Made by a program: the position numbers and the translations under genes. 64,000 nt of DNA from Alphaproteobacteria bacterium (GTDB lineage: Bacteria > Pseudomonadota > Alphaproteobacteria > SP197), in assembly GCA_965228895.1 (NCBI GenBank), contig OZ245842.1:5056001-5120000 (forward strand), given 5' to 3'. A model generated the notes under the pieces. It was not told the DNA's origin. It saw nothing but the letters and a program-made list of their open reading frames with translations, and ran no database searches. Shown here piece by piece: positions 29,773 through 38,927 of the stretch. The stretch's first letter is position 1. Each line of letters opens with the position of its first letter.

Positions 29773-30546
29773 ATGGACATTACAGCACTTCTAAGCGCTA
29801 AGACCGCTATCGTGGCCGTTGGCTTCGTTTTGCTGCTGATCGCCGAACGGGTCTGGCCGGCCGAATTGCGGCTCGGCGGCTGGCCGCGCGTCGCGCGCAA
29901 TGGCGGGCTTTTGGTCATCAACATGGCGCTGGCGCCGTTGATCGTCGTGCCGCTGGCCGCCTGGGCGACGACCTGGCATGTCGGCTTAAGGCCCGACTGG
30001 TGGAACGGCGCCTGGGCCGTCGCGCTCGACCTGGTGCTGCTCGATCTGTGGCTTTATGGCTGGCATCGCGCCAACCATCGGGTGCCGTTCCTGTGGCGCT
30101 TCCACGAAGTCCATCACCGCGACCGCTTTCTTGACGTCACGACGGCCGTTCGTTTTCACGCCGGCGAGGTCGTCCTGTCGGCGCTGGCCCGCATGATCCC
30201 GATCGCCCTGCTGGACATCCCCCTAACGTCGGTTCTGTTGCTGGAGGGCCTGTTGCTGATCGCGACCGGCTTCCATCATTCCAACCTCAAGCTGCCGCGC
30301 CGGTTTGAACGCGTGTTGTCGTGGCTGATCGTGACGCCCTCGATCCACTGGGTGCACCATCACAACATCGTTCGCGACACGGACTCGAACTATGCGACGG
30401 TCCTGTCGTGCTGGGACCGGATCTTCGCCAGCCGCAGCCCGAACCCGCGCACCCACGGCATGCCGTTGGGGGTTCAGGGCGAAGACGAGTTGAGTTTCCC
30501 TCGCCTGCTGGTGCAGCCCTTCACGTCGAGAGCGGATCGTGGATAG
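29773..30546 (+). CDS. Sterol desaturase/fatty acid hydroxylase family protein
   Basis: His boxes HRANH, HEVHH, HHSN, HWVHH. Confidence 0.9.
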   Translation: MDITALLSAKTAIVAVGFVLLLIAERVWPAELRLGGWPRVARNGGLLVINMALAPLIVVPLAAWATTWHVGLRPDWWNGAWAVALDLVLLDLWLYGWHRANHRVPFLWRFHEVHHRDRFLDVTTAVRFHAGEVVLSALARMIPIALLDIPLTSVLLLEGLLLIATGFHHSNLKLPRRFERVLSWLIVTPSIHWVHHHNIVRDTDSNYATVLSCWDRIFASRSPNPRTHGMPLGVQGEDELSFPRLLVQPFTSRADRG

Positions 30547-30656
30547 GCAGAGTCCTTAGACGACTCTGCCTATCCACGTGAATCCGCTCTCCTGATCTTT
30601 GATGGAGAGCAAGATTCACGTTTCGGATTGAGTCAATCCGAAGCGATCTTGCTCTC
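30528..30656. repeat. Bulged twin-hairpin repeat (CIR/RIME-like), full copy
   Basis: Two long hairpins with GAGAGC...GCTCTC ends, each with a TCA/TGA bulge on the inner arm; contains the stops of both convergent genes. Confidence 0.8.
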
Positions 30657-31964
30657 GGCGGCCCGCACCAGGGCCGGATAACGCGCCCACAGCGTGAGCG
30701 CACGCAGCGCGTACATGATGTAGAAGCTGATCCAAAGACCGTGGTTGTCGAAGGCGGCCCACAACCCGATGGCGATCGGCACATAGGCAATCAGGACGAT
30801 CAGCATCGCATTGCGCATATCCGCGCCCCGTGTCGCGCCGACAAAGACACCGTCCAGCTGGAACGACCAGAACGCTGCCAGCGGCATCAAAGCGGCATAC
30901 GGCAAGTAGATGTAGGCGACCTGCCGGACCTCCTCGATATCGGTCAAGAGGTGGATGATCGGAACGCCCAACAGGGCGAAGACGAGGCTGGCGAGGGCCG
31001 CCGTCATGACCGACCACAAGGTTGTCACCCGAACCGCGGTCCTGAGCAGCCGGCGGTTGCGCCGGCCATAGGCCTCGCCGACGATGGCCTCGGCGGCGTT
31101 GGCGAAACCGTCCAAGCCGTAAGCGGCGAAGCTCAGGAACATCACCAGCACTTCGTTGGCCGCCAGCGTTACGTCGCCGATCCGCGCGCTCAAGGCGATG
31201 AAGACGGCGAACGAGACATTGAGGGCGACGGTGCGCACCAGGAGATCGCGGTTGAGCGCGACGATCGGGCGATAGAGTCCGAGATCCAACAGACCGCCGA
31301 CACGCCAGGACCCGGGATAGGGTTTGACCAGCCGCAGCAGGACAAGAACACCCAGGCCAAGTCCGATCCACTCGGCCACGGCGGTGGCGGCGGCCAGGCC
31401 CGCAATGCCCCAATCGAAGCCGAAGACGAAAATGAAATTGAGCACGATGTTGAGGCTCGCGATGACGGCCTGGACAGCGAGCGCCCAACTCGTGCGTTGG
31501 GTTCCGATCAACCAGCCGAGCACGACATAGTTCCCCAGCGTCGCCGGCGCGCTCCAGATCCTGACGTCGAAATAGATGCGCGCCTGCCGGGTGACCTCGG
31601 GACTGGCATCGACCAGGGTCAGTGCCAACCAGCCGATGGGAACCTGCAAGACCAGGATGACAAGCGCGATGACGAGCGCGACAACGCCGGCGCGCGCGGC
31701 GACGGCGCGGAGCTCGGCACCGTCGGCGCGGCCGATTGCCTGGGCGACGTAGCCGGTCGTGCTGAGCTTCAGGAACCCGAAGGTCCAGAAGACGAAGCTG
31801 AAGATCAAAACCGCGACCGCGACGCCGCCCAGATACTCCGGGCCCGGCAGGTGACCGGCGACCGCGGTATCGACCGCGCCGACAACCGGCAAGGTGAGGT
31901 TCGACAGGATGATCGGCCCGGCGAAACGCAGGACGCGCCGGTGCCAATACATGGTGTCCGCCAT
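30633..31964 (-). CDS. MATE family efflux transporter (DinF-like)
   Basis: PIILSNLTLP.VGAVDTAV.GHL, 12 TM, DGVFVGAT. Confidence 0.92.
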   Translation of the reverse strand: MADTMYWHRRVLRFAGPIILSNLTLPVVGAVDTAVAGHLPGPEYLGGVAVAVLIFSFVFWTFGFLKLSTTGYVAQAIGRADGAELRAVAARAGVVALVIALVILVLQVPIGWLALTLVDASPEVTRQARIYFDVRIWSAPATLGNYVVLGWLIGTQRTSWALAVQAVIASLNIVLNFIFVFGFDWGIAGLAAATAVAEWIGLGLGVLVLLRLVKPYPGSWRVGGLLDLGLYRPIVALNRDLLVRTVALNVSFAVFIALSARIGDVTLAANEVLVMFLSFAAYGLDGFANAAEAIVGEAYGRRNRRLLRTAVRVTTLWSVMTAALASLVFALLGVPIIHLLTDIEEVRQVAYIYLPYAALMPLAAFWSFQLDGVFVGATRGADMRNAMLIVLIAYVPIAIGLWAAFDNHGLWISFYIMYALRALTLWARYPALVRAAESKIASD

Positions 31965-32080
31965 GGGATCGCCTGCGCGATCAATCATGGCGCAGGATCG
32001 AGAAGTCGGGAGGTTGTCGGCGGTGCCTGAATCACCGTCGAAGACTACTGCTTCATCGCGCTACGAAAAGCGCTATCTCA

Positions 32081-32722
32081 CTACTCCGACGTCGTGCTCG
32101 GCCGGATGAGTTCCAGGTGGTCGATCTCGAAGAGATCGGTCGACAGCGGCACGCCGAACTCCGCGGAGACCAGCGTGACGCGCGTGATGTAACCCTGGGC
32201 GTCGCGCACGTACCATTGGGTCAGTTCAAGCGGCGTTTCGGCCTCGTCGTCCTGGGGGTCGTGGAACACCAGCGTCAGAACGCCGGAGCCCGGCTCGTCG
32301 GACGGCTCGACGGTCATGTAGACGGAAGGGCCATCGCGGCGAACGCCGCGCACCTTGATGGCGTTCTCCAAGTCGATATCGGACTGCAGCAGGATCGACG
32401 CCGGCGAGGACGCGACCGGACCCTCGTAGAACTGGCCGATCTCGGCATCCCAGAACTGATACTTCTGACCGCGCGCGACCATGATGGTCGGTGGGTCGTC
32501 ATAGGCGATGCGGGCCAGGTTGGGCCTTTTCAGCTGAAACTCACCCTTCGAGGTCGTGCCGTCATAGTTCAACTGCACGAAGCGCGCATCGAGCGTCGTG
32601 ATGCTGTTGAGGTAGTCCTGAACCCGCTGCAGCAGTTCGGCCTCGGTCTCGGCCTGGGCCGCCCCTGAGGCAACGGTCATTATCAGCAGCAGGGCGCCAA
32701 GCGCCGTTCGGATACGGTTCAT
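32081..32722 (-). CDS. lolA: Outer-membrane lipoprotein carrier LolA family, copy 2
   Basis: Signal peptide; YLNSITTL.ARFVQ, LKRP..ARIAY, L.QW.V.DAQG. Confidence 0.85.
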   Translation of the reverse strand: MNRIRTALGALLLIMTVASGAAQAETEAELLQRVQDYLNSITTLDARFVQLNYDGTTSKGEFQLKRPNLARIAYDDPPTIMVARGQKYQFWDAEIGQFYEGPVASSPASILLQSDIDLENAIKVRGVRRDGPSVYMTVEPSDEPGSGVLTLVFHDPQDDEAETPLELTQWYVRDAQGYITRVTLVSAEFGVPLSTDLFEIDHLELIRPSTTSE

Positions 32723-32817
32723 GCGTGCTTATGGTGCTGTGGGGTGGGCTGCGTCAAGAGTCCGGTCAGATTGAGGCCGAAGCACGGCAACCTGTCCCAA
32801 TCTCAACTCCAGGACGT

Positions 32818-33459
32818 CTAGCGGGTGCTGGTGCCCGGCCGAATCTTTGCCCGGTGATCGATGGCGAACAGATCGTCCGCCAACGGCACGCCCAACGCGA
32901 CGTCCTCCAGACTGACATGGGTCATGTAGCCTTGGGCGTCGCGCACATACCACTGCACCAGTGCCATCCCGTCCCCGGTTTCACCGGCCGGATCGTCGAA
33001 AACCAGCGTCAACACGCCGGCGCCCGGGTCGTCGGAGGACTGGATCGTCAAGAAGACGCGGTCGCCATCGCGGCGCAAGGCGCGAACATTGAAAGAGTCC
33101 TCGAGATCGACATCGGGCCGCAGCAGGACCCACATGGGCGACGCCGTCACCGGTCCTTCGAAAAACTGGCCGGTTTCCGCATCCCAGAACTGGTACTTCT
33201 GGCCGCGCGCGACAACTTCGGTTGCCGGATCGTCATAAGCGATTCGCGCCAGCATGGGGCGCTTCAACTGGAAATCGCCGGCTGACGTGCTGCCGTCGTA
33301 ATTGTCCTGGGTGAAGCGTGCTTCGAGCGTCGTGATGCCGTTCAGGTAGGTCTCGACCCGTTGCAGCAGTTCACCGTCGGACTCCGCGCGCGCCAGGCCG
33401 GCCAGCCCGGCGGTTGCCAGGACGAGCACGACAATCAGGATCGTCGTAAAACGTTTCAT
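32818..33459 (-). CDS. lolA: Outer-membrane lipoprotein carrier LolA family, copy 1
   Basis: Same motifs as the adjacent copy; lies downstream of ftsK. Confidence 0.85.
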   Translation of the reverse strand: MKRFTTILIVVLVLATAGLAGLARAESDGELLQRVETYLNGITTLEARFTQDNYDGSTSAGDFQLKRPMLARIAYDDPATEVVARGQKYQFWDAETGQFFEGPVTASPMWVLLRPDVDLEDSFNVRALRRDGDRVFLTIQSSDDPGAGVLTLVFDDPAGETGDGMALVQWYVRDAQGYMTHVSLEDVALGVPLADDLFAIDHRAKIRPGTSTR

Positions 33460-33720
33460 GGGTGCCCATGTCGTGTGGCCGATCATCGCGATCAACCCTG
33501 ACTCGACATTGCGGCCAAAGCGCGGTGAAATCGTATTTTGGGCCATTTGGCCAATCGGCAGAACGGTGAACGTCGACCCAAACGATCATTAGGCCTGATC
33601 TGTGACTCATCACCTGCCAAAACCACAGTCGATCGGCCTTGATTGACGCCCAAGTCCGACCGGGACGGTTGACGACAAAAGTATTAATAAACTTGGCGAC
33701 TGCAACAGGGAGCCTGAAGG

Positions 33721-34263
33721 ATGAGATCGTTTGTGTTCCTGGTTCTACTCTTTGCAACCTACCAACTGTTGAGCGTCAACGCACATGGCGATCCTTACAT
33801 AGGGTGCAATTCGAGCTCCGAGGTTTCCGGCGAATCGATTGGAACCGCCGGGACTCGTGGAACGTGGAAATGGGTCTCGTATGAAAACGGCGAGTGGACG
33901 AGCGGCGGGTACATAAATGTATGCGGTTATGACTTCCAGATATCTACGAATTCCGGCACGACATACTTTGGAGAATGGCGCGGAAACGAGTTCAATGGTC
34001 ACTGGTACAAGGCACCTCATCTGAGCTGCCGTAGGGGCAATCACAATTTTGCTTGTGAGAATGAAAAAAGCGTTCCGGTAGCGGACGGCGCGTTCGTAAA
34101 CACGAAGTGCTGGGGAAGCTTCTCTTTCGAAATCTTGAGCGGTACGGAAAAGACTGAAGCCGAAGGCTCATGGGACTATTGCGGAGGAACTGGCGGCACA
34201 TCGAACGAAGATCTTGACGCTGGTCCGCGGCCCAACCACGCAACGTTGTATGAACGGTGGTGA
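33721..34263 (+). CDS. Secreted hypothetical beta-rich protein
   Basis: Signal peptide ending AHG; Gly/Trp/Cys-rich; GC visibly lower than the neighbours. Confidence 0.7.
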   Translation: MRSFVFLVLLFATYQLLSVNAHGDPYIGCNSSSEVSGESIGTAGTRGTWKWVSYENGEWTSGGYINVCGYDFQISTNSGTTYFGEWRGNEFNGHWYKAPHLSCRRGNHNFACENEKSVPVADGAFVNTKCWGSFSFEILSGTEKTEAEGSWDYCGGTGGTSNEDLDAGPRPNHATLYERW

Positions 34264-34497
34264 TCCAGAATCCTCGACGATGACGATCTCTTCATGACGT
34301 ACTAGAGACAATCTAAGAACGGTCCGTTGGCGTCAAAAACGATCCGTTCTCCGATGTTCGTTCTGCTCCCGAAACCGGGCATGCCTGAGGATTACACGGA
34401 CTCCCTAGCCGGTTCATTCCCCTACCCGACGATCGCAGGAACGCTGCCGTGCCTGAAACTGGCGGGAAGTATGTTTGTATCGTAGCTCCTCGACCAG

Positions 34498-36933
34498 TCA
34501 GAGCTCCGGCGGCGGGGCGGCCAGGACCTCGCGTTTGCCGACGTGGTTGGCGGCACTGACGACGCCGTCGGCCTCCATACGTTCGATGATGGTGGCGGCG
34601 CGGTTATAGCCGATCTTGAGATGCCGTTGGATGAAGCTGGTCGAGGCCTTCTGCTCCTTGGTGACCAGGAAGACGGCCTGATCGTAGAGCGCCTTGTCCT
34701 TGTCGTTGCCGGCATCGCCGCCGAACCCGCCGCCGCCCATGTCGGACGGCATCTCGAAGGCTTCCTCGGTGACATCGTCCAGATAGTCCGGTTTGCCCTG
34801 GCGGCGCAGGAAGTCAGCGACCTGCTGCACCTCGTCGTCGCCGACAAAGGGACCGTGGATACGCGTCACACGACCGCCGCCGCGCATGAACAGCATGTCG
34901 CCCTTGCCCAGCAACTGCTCGGCGCCCTGCTCACCCAGGATGGTGCGGCTGTCGATCTTGCTGGTGACGTGGAAGCTGACCCGGCACGGGAAGTTGGCCT
35001 TGATGGTGCCGGTGATGACGTCGACCGACGGGCGCTGGGTCGCCATGATCAGGTGAATGCCGGCGGCGCGCGCCATCTGCGCCAGGCGCTGGATCGCGCC
35101 TTCGATATCGCGCCCGGCGACCAACATCAGGTCGGCCATCTCGTCGACCACGACGACGATATAGGGCAGCGGCTTGTCGGCGATGACCTCTTCCTCGAAC
35201 ACCGGCTCGCCTGAATCGGTGTTGAAGCCGGTCTGCACCGTGCGGGTCAGTTCCAGGCCCTTGGCCTGGGCCTCGGCGACGCGCTTGTTGAAACCGTCGA
35301 TGTTGCGGACGCCGATCTTCTGCATGGCGCGGTAACGGTTTTCCATCTCGCGCACGGTCCACTTGAGCGCGACAACCGCCTTGCCCGGCTCGGTCACGAC
35401 CGGCGCCAGAAGGTGCGGGATGTCGTCATAGACCGACAGCTCCAGCATCTTCGGATCGATCAGGATCAGGCGGCATTCGTCCGGCGTCATCTTATAGAGC
35501 AGCGACAGGATCATCGCGTTGATCGCCACCGACTTGCCTGAGCCCGTGGTGCCGGCGACCAGCAGATGCGGCATGTGGGCGAGGTCTTCGACCACCGGCG
35601 CGCCGGAGATATCCTTGCCCAGCGCGATCGGCAGTTTGGAGCCGGCCTTCTTATAGATCTGGGCTTCCAGCAGTTCGCGCAGCGCCACGGTCTCGCGGTC
35701 GGCGTTGGGCAGTTCGATGCCCAGCACCGTGCGCCCCGGCACGACGGAGACGCGCGCCGAAATGGCGCTCATGTTGCGTGCGATATCGTCGGCCAAGCCG
35801 ATCACGCGACTGGCGCGGATGCCGGCTTCCGGTTCCAGCTCATAAAGTGTCACGACGGGACCCGGGCGGACCTCGTCGATCTCGCCGCGAATGCCAAAGT
35901 CCTGCAGCACGCCTTCCAGCAGACGGGCGTTCTGCTCCAACCCTTCGTCATCGACGGCGTTGCGCGACTTGGGATCGACATCGGTCAACAGCTCGAGCGG
36001 CGGCACGGTGACGACACCATTGCCGTCAAGCGCCAGACTGGTCTGCGTCGGCTTCCGGCGCTTCGGTTTCTTGGCGGTGTCCTTGCGCGGGCGCACGCGG
36101 CGTTTGCGCGGCGGTGCTTCGACCGCGACTTCCTCTTCGATCTCCTCCTCGTCGTCGTAAACGTTGGCTTCCGGTTCGTCCTCGAACTCTTCCTCGTCCT
36201 CCAGGTAGGACTCGTCGTCCTCTTCCTCGTCTTCTTCCCGGTTTCGCTCGGGCAGCCGGTCGTAAAGGCCGCGCAGGAAAACGACGGTGATGACCGAGCC
36301 GCGCCACAGACCGTGTGCTGCGGTGGTCGACAGCAGCCAGATGCCGCTGACCGCCCGGCGCACATCGTCGCGCGGCAGACCGGCGGCAACAACAAACAAG
36401 CCGATGCCGAGCAGACCGAAACCGAGGGCAAGCCAGGTCAGGCCAAGAAACGAGACGGCACCGATCGTGACCAGAACACCGTAGAGTGTCGCGCCGAGAA
36501 TGCCGCCGGGACCGACGCTGAACGGCCAGTCGGCGGGCCAGCCGGTCATCTGAAAAGCGAGCGCCAGGATCGCCGTCGCCAGTGGCAGGGCGAACAATCC
36601 AAGCCACGGGCGCGCCAGATGCTGATGGGCCATCAAGCGCCATGCCCAGGCGGCGAGCACCAGGACCGGCACGACGACGGCAAAGCCGATCCACGAAAAC
36701 AGAATGTCCGCGCCATAGGCGCCGGGCCGTCCCATCAGATTGGCGACGCCGCCTGAGGTCGCATGGTTGAACGACGGATCGTTGGCGTCATAGCTCAACA
36801 ACGCCAGGGCGAGCGCGAGCGCCAGGATGCCGATGATCAAACCGGCGCCCTGAACGGCGCGCCGCTTGAGATAAGCGGCGACCTGTTCGGGCATCAAACG
36901 AAAGCGAGGTGCGGCGGCGCTGCGGCTTGCCAT
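34498..36933 (-). CDS. ftsK: DNA translocase FtsK
   Basis: N-terminal TMs, GTTGSGKS, DEMADLM, QRPSVDVITG, gamma domain IGYNRAA. Confidence 0.97.
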   Translation of the reverse strand: MASRSAAAPRFRLMPEQVAAYLKRRAVQGAGLIIGILALALALALLSYDANDPSFNHATSGGVANLMGRPGAYGADILFSWIGFAVVVPVLVLAAWAWRLMAHQHLARPWLGLFALPLATAILALAFQMTGWPADWPFSVGPGGILGATLYGVLVTIGAVSFLGLTWLALGFGLLGIGLFVVAAGLPRDDVRRAVSGIWLLSTTAAHGLWRGSVITVVFLRGLYDRLPERNREEDEEEDDESYLEDEEEFEDEPEANVYDDEEEIEEEVAVEAPPRKRRVRPRKDTAKKPKRRKPTQTSLALDGNGVVTVPPLELLTDVDPKSRNAVDDEGLEQNARLLEGVLQDFGIRGEIDEVRPGPVVTLYELEPEAGIRASRVIGLADDIARNMSAISARVSVVPGRTVLGIELPNADRETVALRELLEAQIYKKAGSKLPIALGKDISGAPVVEDLAHMPHLLVAGTTGSGKSVAINAMILSLLYKMTPDECRLILIDPKMLELSVYDDIPHLLAPVVTEPGKAVVALKWTVREMENRYRAMQKIGVRNIDGFNKRVAEAQAKGLELTRTVQTGFNTDSGEPVFEEEVIADKPLPYIVVVVDEMADLMLVAGRDIEGAIQRLAQMARAAGIHLIMATQRPSVDVITGTIKANFPCRVSFHVTSKIDSRTILGEQGAEQLLGKGDMLFMRGGGRVTRIHGPFVGDDEVQQVADFLRRQGKPDYLDDVTEEAFEMPSDMGGGGFGGDAGNDKDKALYDQAVFLVTKEQKASTSFIQRHLKIGYNRAATIIERMEADGVVSAANHVGKREVLAAPPPEL

Positions 36934-36974
36934 GGGTGACCTCCTCTAGAGCACTGCTTTGTAAGCTGGCATCT

Positions 36975-37043
36975 CCGGCCCACTCCCCCGCCCGACCACC
37001 CATGGCAGCATCCTCAGGGTGGTCGGGCGGGGGAGTGGGCCGG
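36975..37043. repeat. Perfect 27-bp inverted repeat (REP-like hairpin)
   Basis: CCGGCCCACTCCCCCGCCCGACCACCC, 15-nt loop, exact reverse complement. Confidence 0.85.
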
Positions 37044-37073
37044 CACCGGCTTTCTGCATGCAGGCATGCATGC

Positions 37074-38264
37074 CTAAAGAACCTCTGCGAGGCGGGTCAG
37101 CGCCTCGTGCGTGGTCTCGATATCGTTGACCAAGGCGACCCTGATATAGGACTGGGCCGGGTTCGGTTCGCCGGGTGTGGTTGCCGCCAGATAGGCGCCG
37201 GGCAATACCTTGACGGCGGCCTTCGACCAGAGCGTGCGCGCGGCTTCCTCACCGTCGCCGACATCAAGCCACAGAAAGAAGCCGCCGGGTGGGCGGAAAA
37301 ACCCAAAGCGGTTGCCCAGGATCCTCTCGGCGATGTCGATCTTCTCGCGGTAGAGCGCGCGGTTGGCCTCGACATGGTCTTCCTCGCGCCACAGCAGCTC
37401 GGCGGTGTCATAGGCGGCGAACGAACTGGAGGCCGCCGCGTACTTTCTCAAGCGGACAAACGCCTTGATGAAGTCGGGATCGCCGGCGACGAAACCGGAG
37501 CGAAGCCCGGGCACGCTGGACCGCTTGGAGAGGGAATGGAAGGCGATGACGTTCGTGAGATCATTGTCTTCGGCACAGATCTCCAGCGCGCTCGGCGGCG
37601 GCGTCTGGTCGTAGATCTCGGCGTAACACTCGTCGCTCGCCAGAATGAAGTCGTGGCGGCGTGCCAGATCGACGGCCCGGCGCAGATAGTCGCGGTCGGC
37701 GATCGCCCCTTGCGGGTTCGCGGGCGAGCACAGATAGAAAAGTGCCGTGCGGTCGAGCAGATCCGAGGACAGGCTGTTGAGATCGGGCAGGAAACCGCTG
37801 TCGGGCCCGCACTCCAGATAGATCGGCTCGGCGCCCGCGCTCAACGCGCCGCCCTTGTAGGGCTGGTAGAACGGGTTGGGCATCAAGACGGCGGGTTTCT
37901 TGCCGGCCTTTGCCGTCGGCACGGCGGCCAGCGCGATCATGAACAGCGCCTCGCGGGTGCCGGCGACCGGCATCACGTGGCGGCCGGGATCGATGAACCC
38001 ATCGGGCAGCGAAAAGCGCCGGGTGAGCCAGGCGGTGATGGCCTCGCGCAGGCCCGGTGTGCCCTCGATCGGGGGATAGCGCCCGTAATCGTCGAACCGG
38101 CTGGCGAGCGCATCCCGTGCGATCTCCGGCACGCCATGTTTTGGTTCGCCCATCCACATCGGGATCGCCGTCTCGCCGTCCGGCAGCGGCAGATCGGCGA
38201 TCAACGCGTCGAGCCGCGGGAACGGGTAGTCGGTCAGCTCGTCCAGGCGATCACTGATCATCAA
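37074..38264 (-). CDS. Class I/II PLP aminotransferase (DapC-like)
   Basis: GTREALF, CSPANPQG, SDECYAEI, HSLSKRSS.PGLRSG. Confidence 0.9.
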   Translation of the reverse strand: MMISDRLDELTDYPFPRLDALIADLPLPDGETAIPMWMGEPKHGVPEIARDALASRFDDYGRYPPIEGTPGLREAITAWLTRRFSLPDGFIDPGRHVMPVAGTREALFMIALAAVPTAKAGKKPAVLMPNPFYQPYKGGALSAGAEPIYLECGPDSGFLPDLNSLSSDLLDRTALFYLCSPANPQGAIADRDYLRRAVDLARRHDFILASDECYAEIYDQTPPPSALEICAEDNDLTNVIAFHSLSKRSSVPGLRSGFVAGDPDFIKAFVRLRKYAAASSSFAAYDTAELLWREEDHVEANRALYREKIDIAERILGNRFGFFRPPGGFFLWLDVGDGEEAARTLWSKAAVKVLPGAYLAATTPGEPNPAQSYIRVALVNDIETTHEALTRLAEVL

Positions 38265-38486
38265 GGTTTCCGCTGTGTTGAACGGCCGGGAACACTAACA
38301 CGTCGCGGACTTCTGATGCAAAAGACCGTTTGGAGTCCGTTGCTTACGGGCGAATCTTCGACTCAGTGTTGACAAATGGGCACAGATGGGCGCAATAGGG
38401 TATAGATTGTGGTTCGACGCCATCAAACCGCCATATCTTGTATTAAACTGCGGCCTGCAGGGCGCTATCGGGGGTACGGGGAAGCG

Positions 38487-38891
38487 ATGAAGGGTTTCCG
38501 AAGAGTCGTAAGTTTTCTGGCGGCGCCGCTCGCTGTCGTCTTTTTTGTCACTTCATCCGGTCTGACCGGCGCCTATGCGGGCCTGGTTACGACCGAAGAA
38601 GCCACCCAGCAGCATGATACGTCGCTCGACCGCGACGCGCTTCTAAGCCTCATAGAGCGCGAGGATGTCCGCCAGGAGCTGATCGCCAACGGCGTTGATC
38701 CGGCCGAAGCCGCGGCTCGCATTGCCGCACTGAGCGACGACGAGCTCAGCCAGATCATGGACAAGATCGACGAACTCCCGGCCGGCGAGAGCGCGCTCGG
38801 CGTTATCGTTGGTGCTGCGTTGATCGTCTTTCTGGTGCTGCTGCTGACCGACATCCTGGGGTTCACCGATGTCTTTCCGTTCACCAAGTAG
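38487..38891 (+). CDS. PA2779 family protein
   Basis: Signal peptide; GVDP.EA.ARIAALSD.E, PAG, LL.TDILG.TDVFPF. Confidence 0.85.
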   Translation: MKGFRRVVSFLAAPLAVVFFVTSSGLTGAYAGLVTTEEATQQHDTSLDRDALLSLIEREDVRQELIANGVDPAEAAARIAALSDDELSQIMDKIDELPAGESALGVIVGAALIVFLVLLLTDILGFTDVFPFTK

Positions 38892-38927
38892 GGGCCGTTG
38901 CCGCATCGCGGCATAGGGGGTCAGGGC

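Noticed and set aside
36060-36240. Low-complexity acidic then basic tract in ftsK
   Set aside because: Ordinary disordered FtsK linker, in frame, not a DNA repeat element
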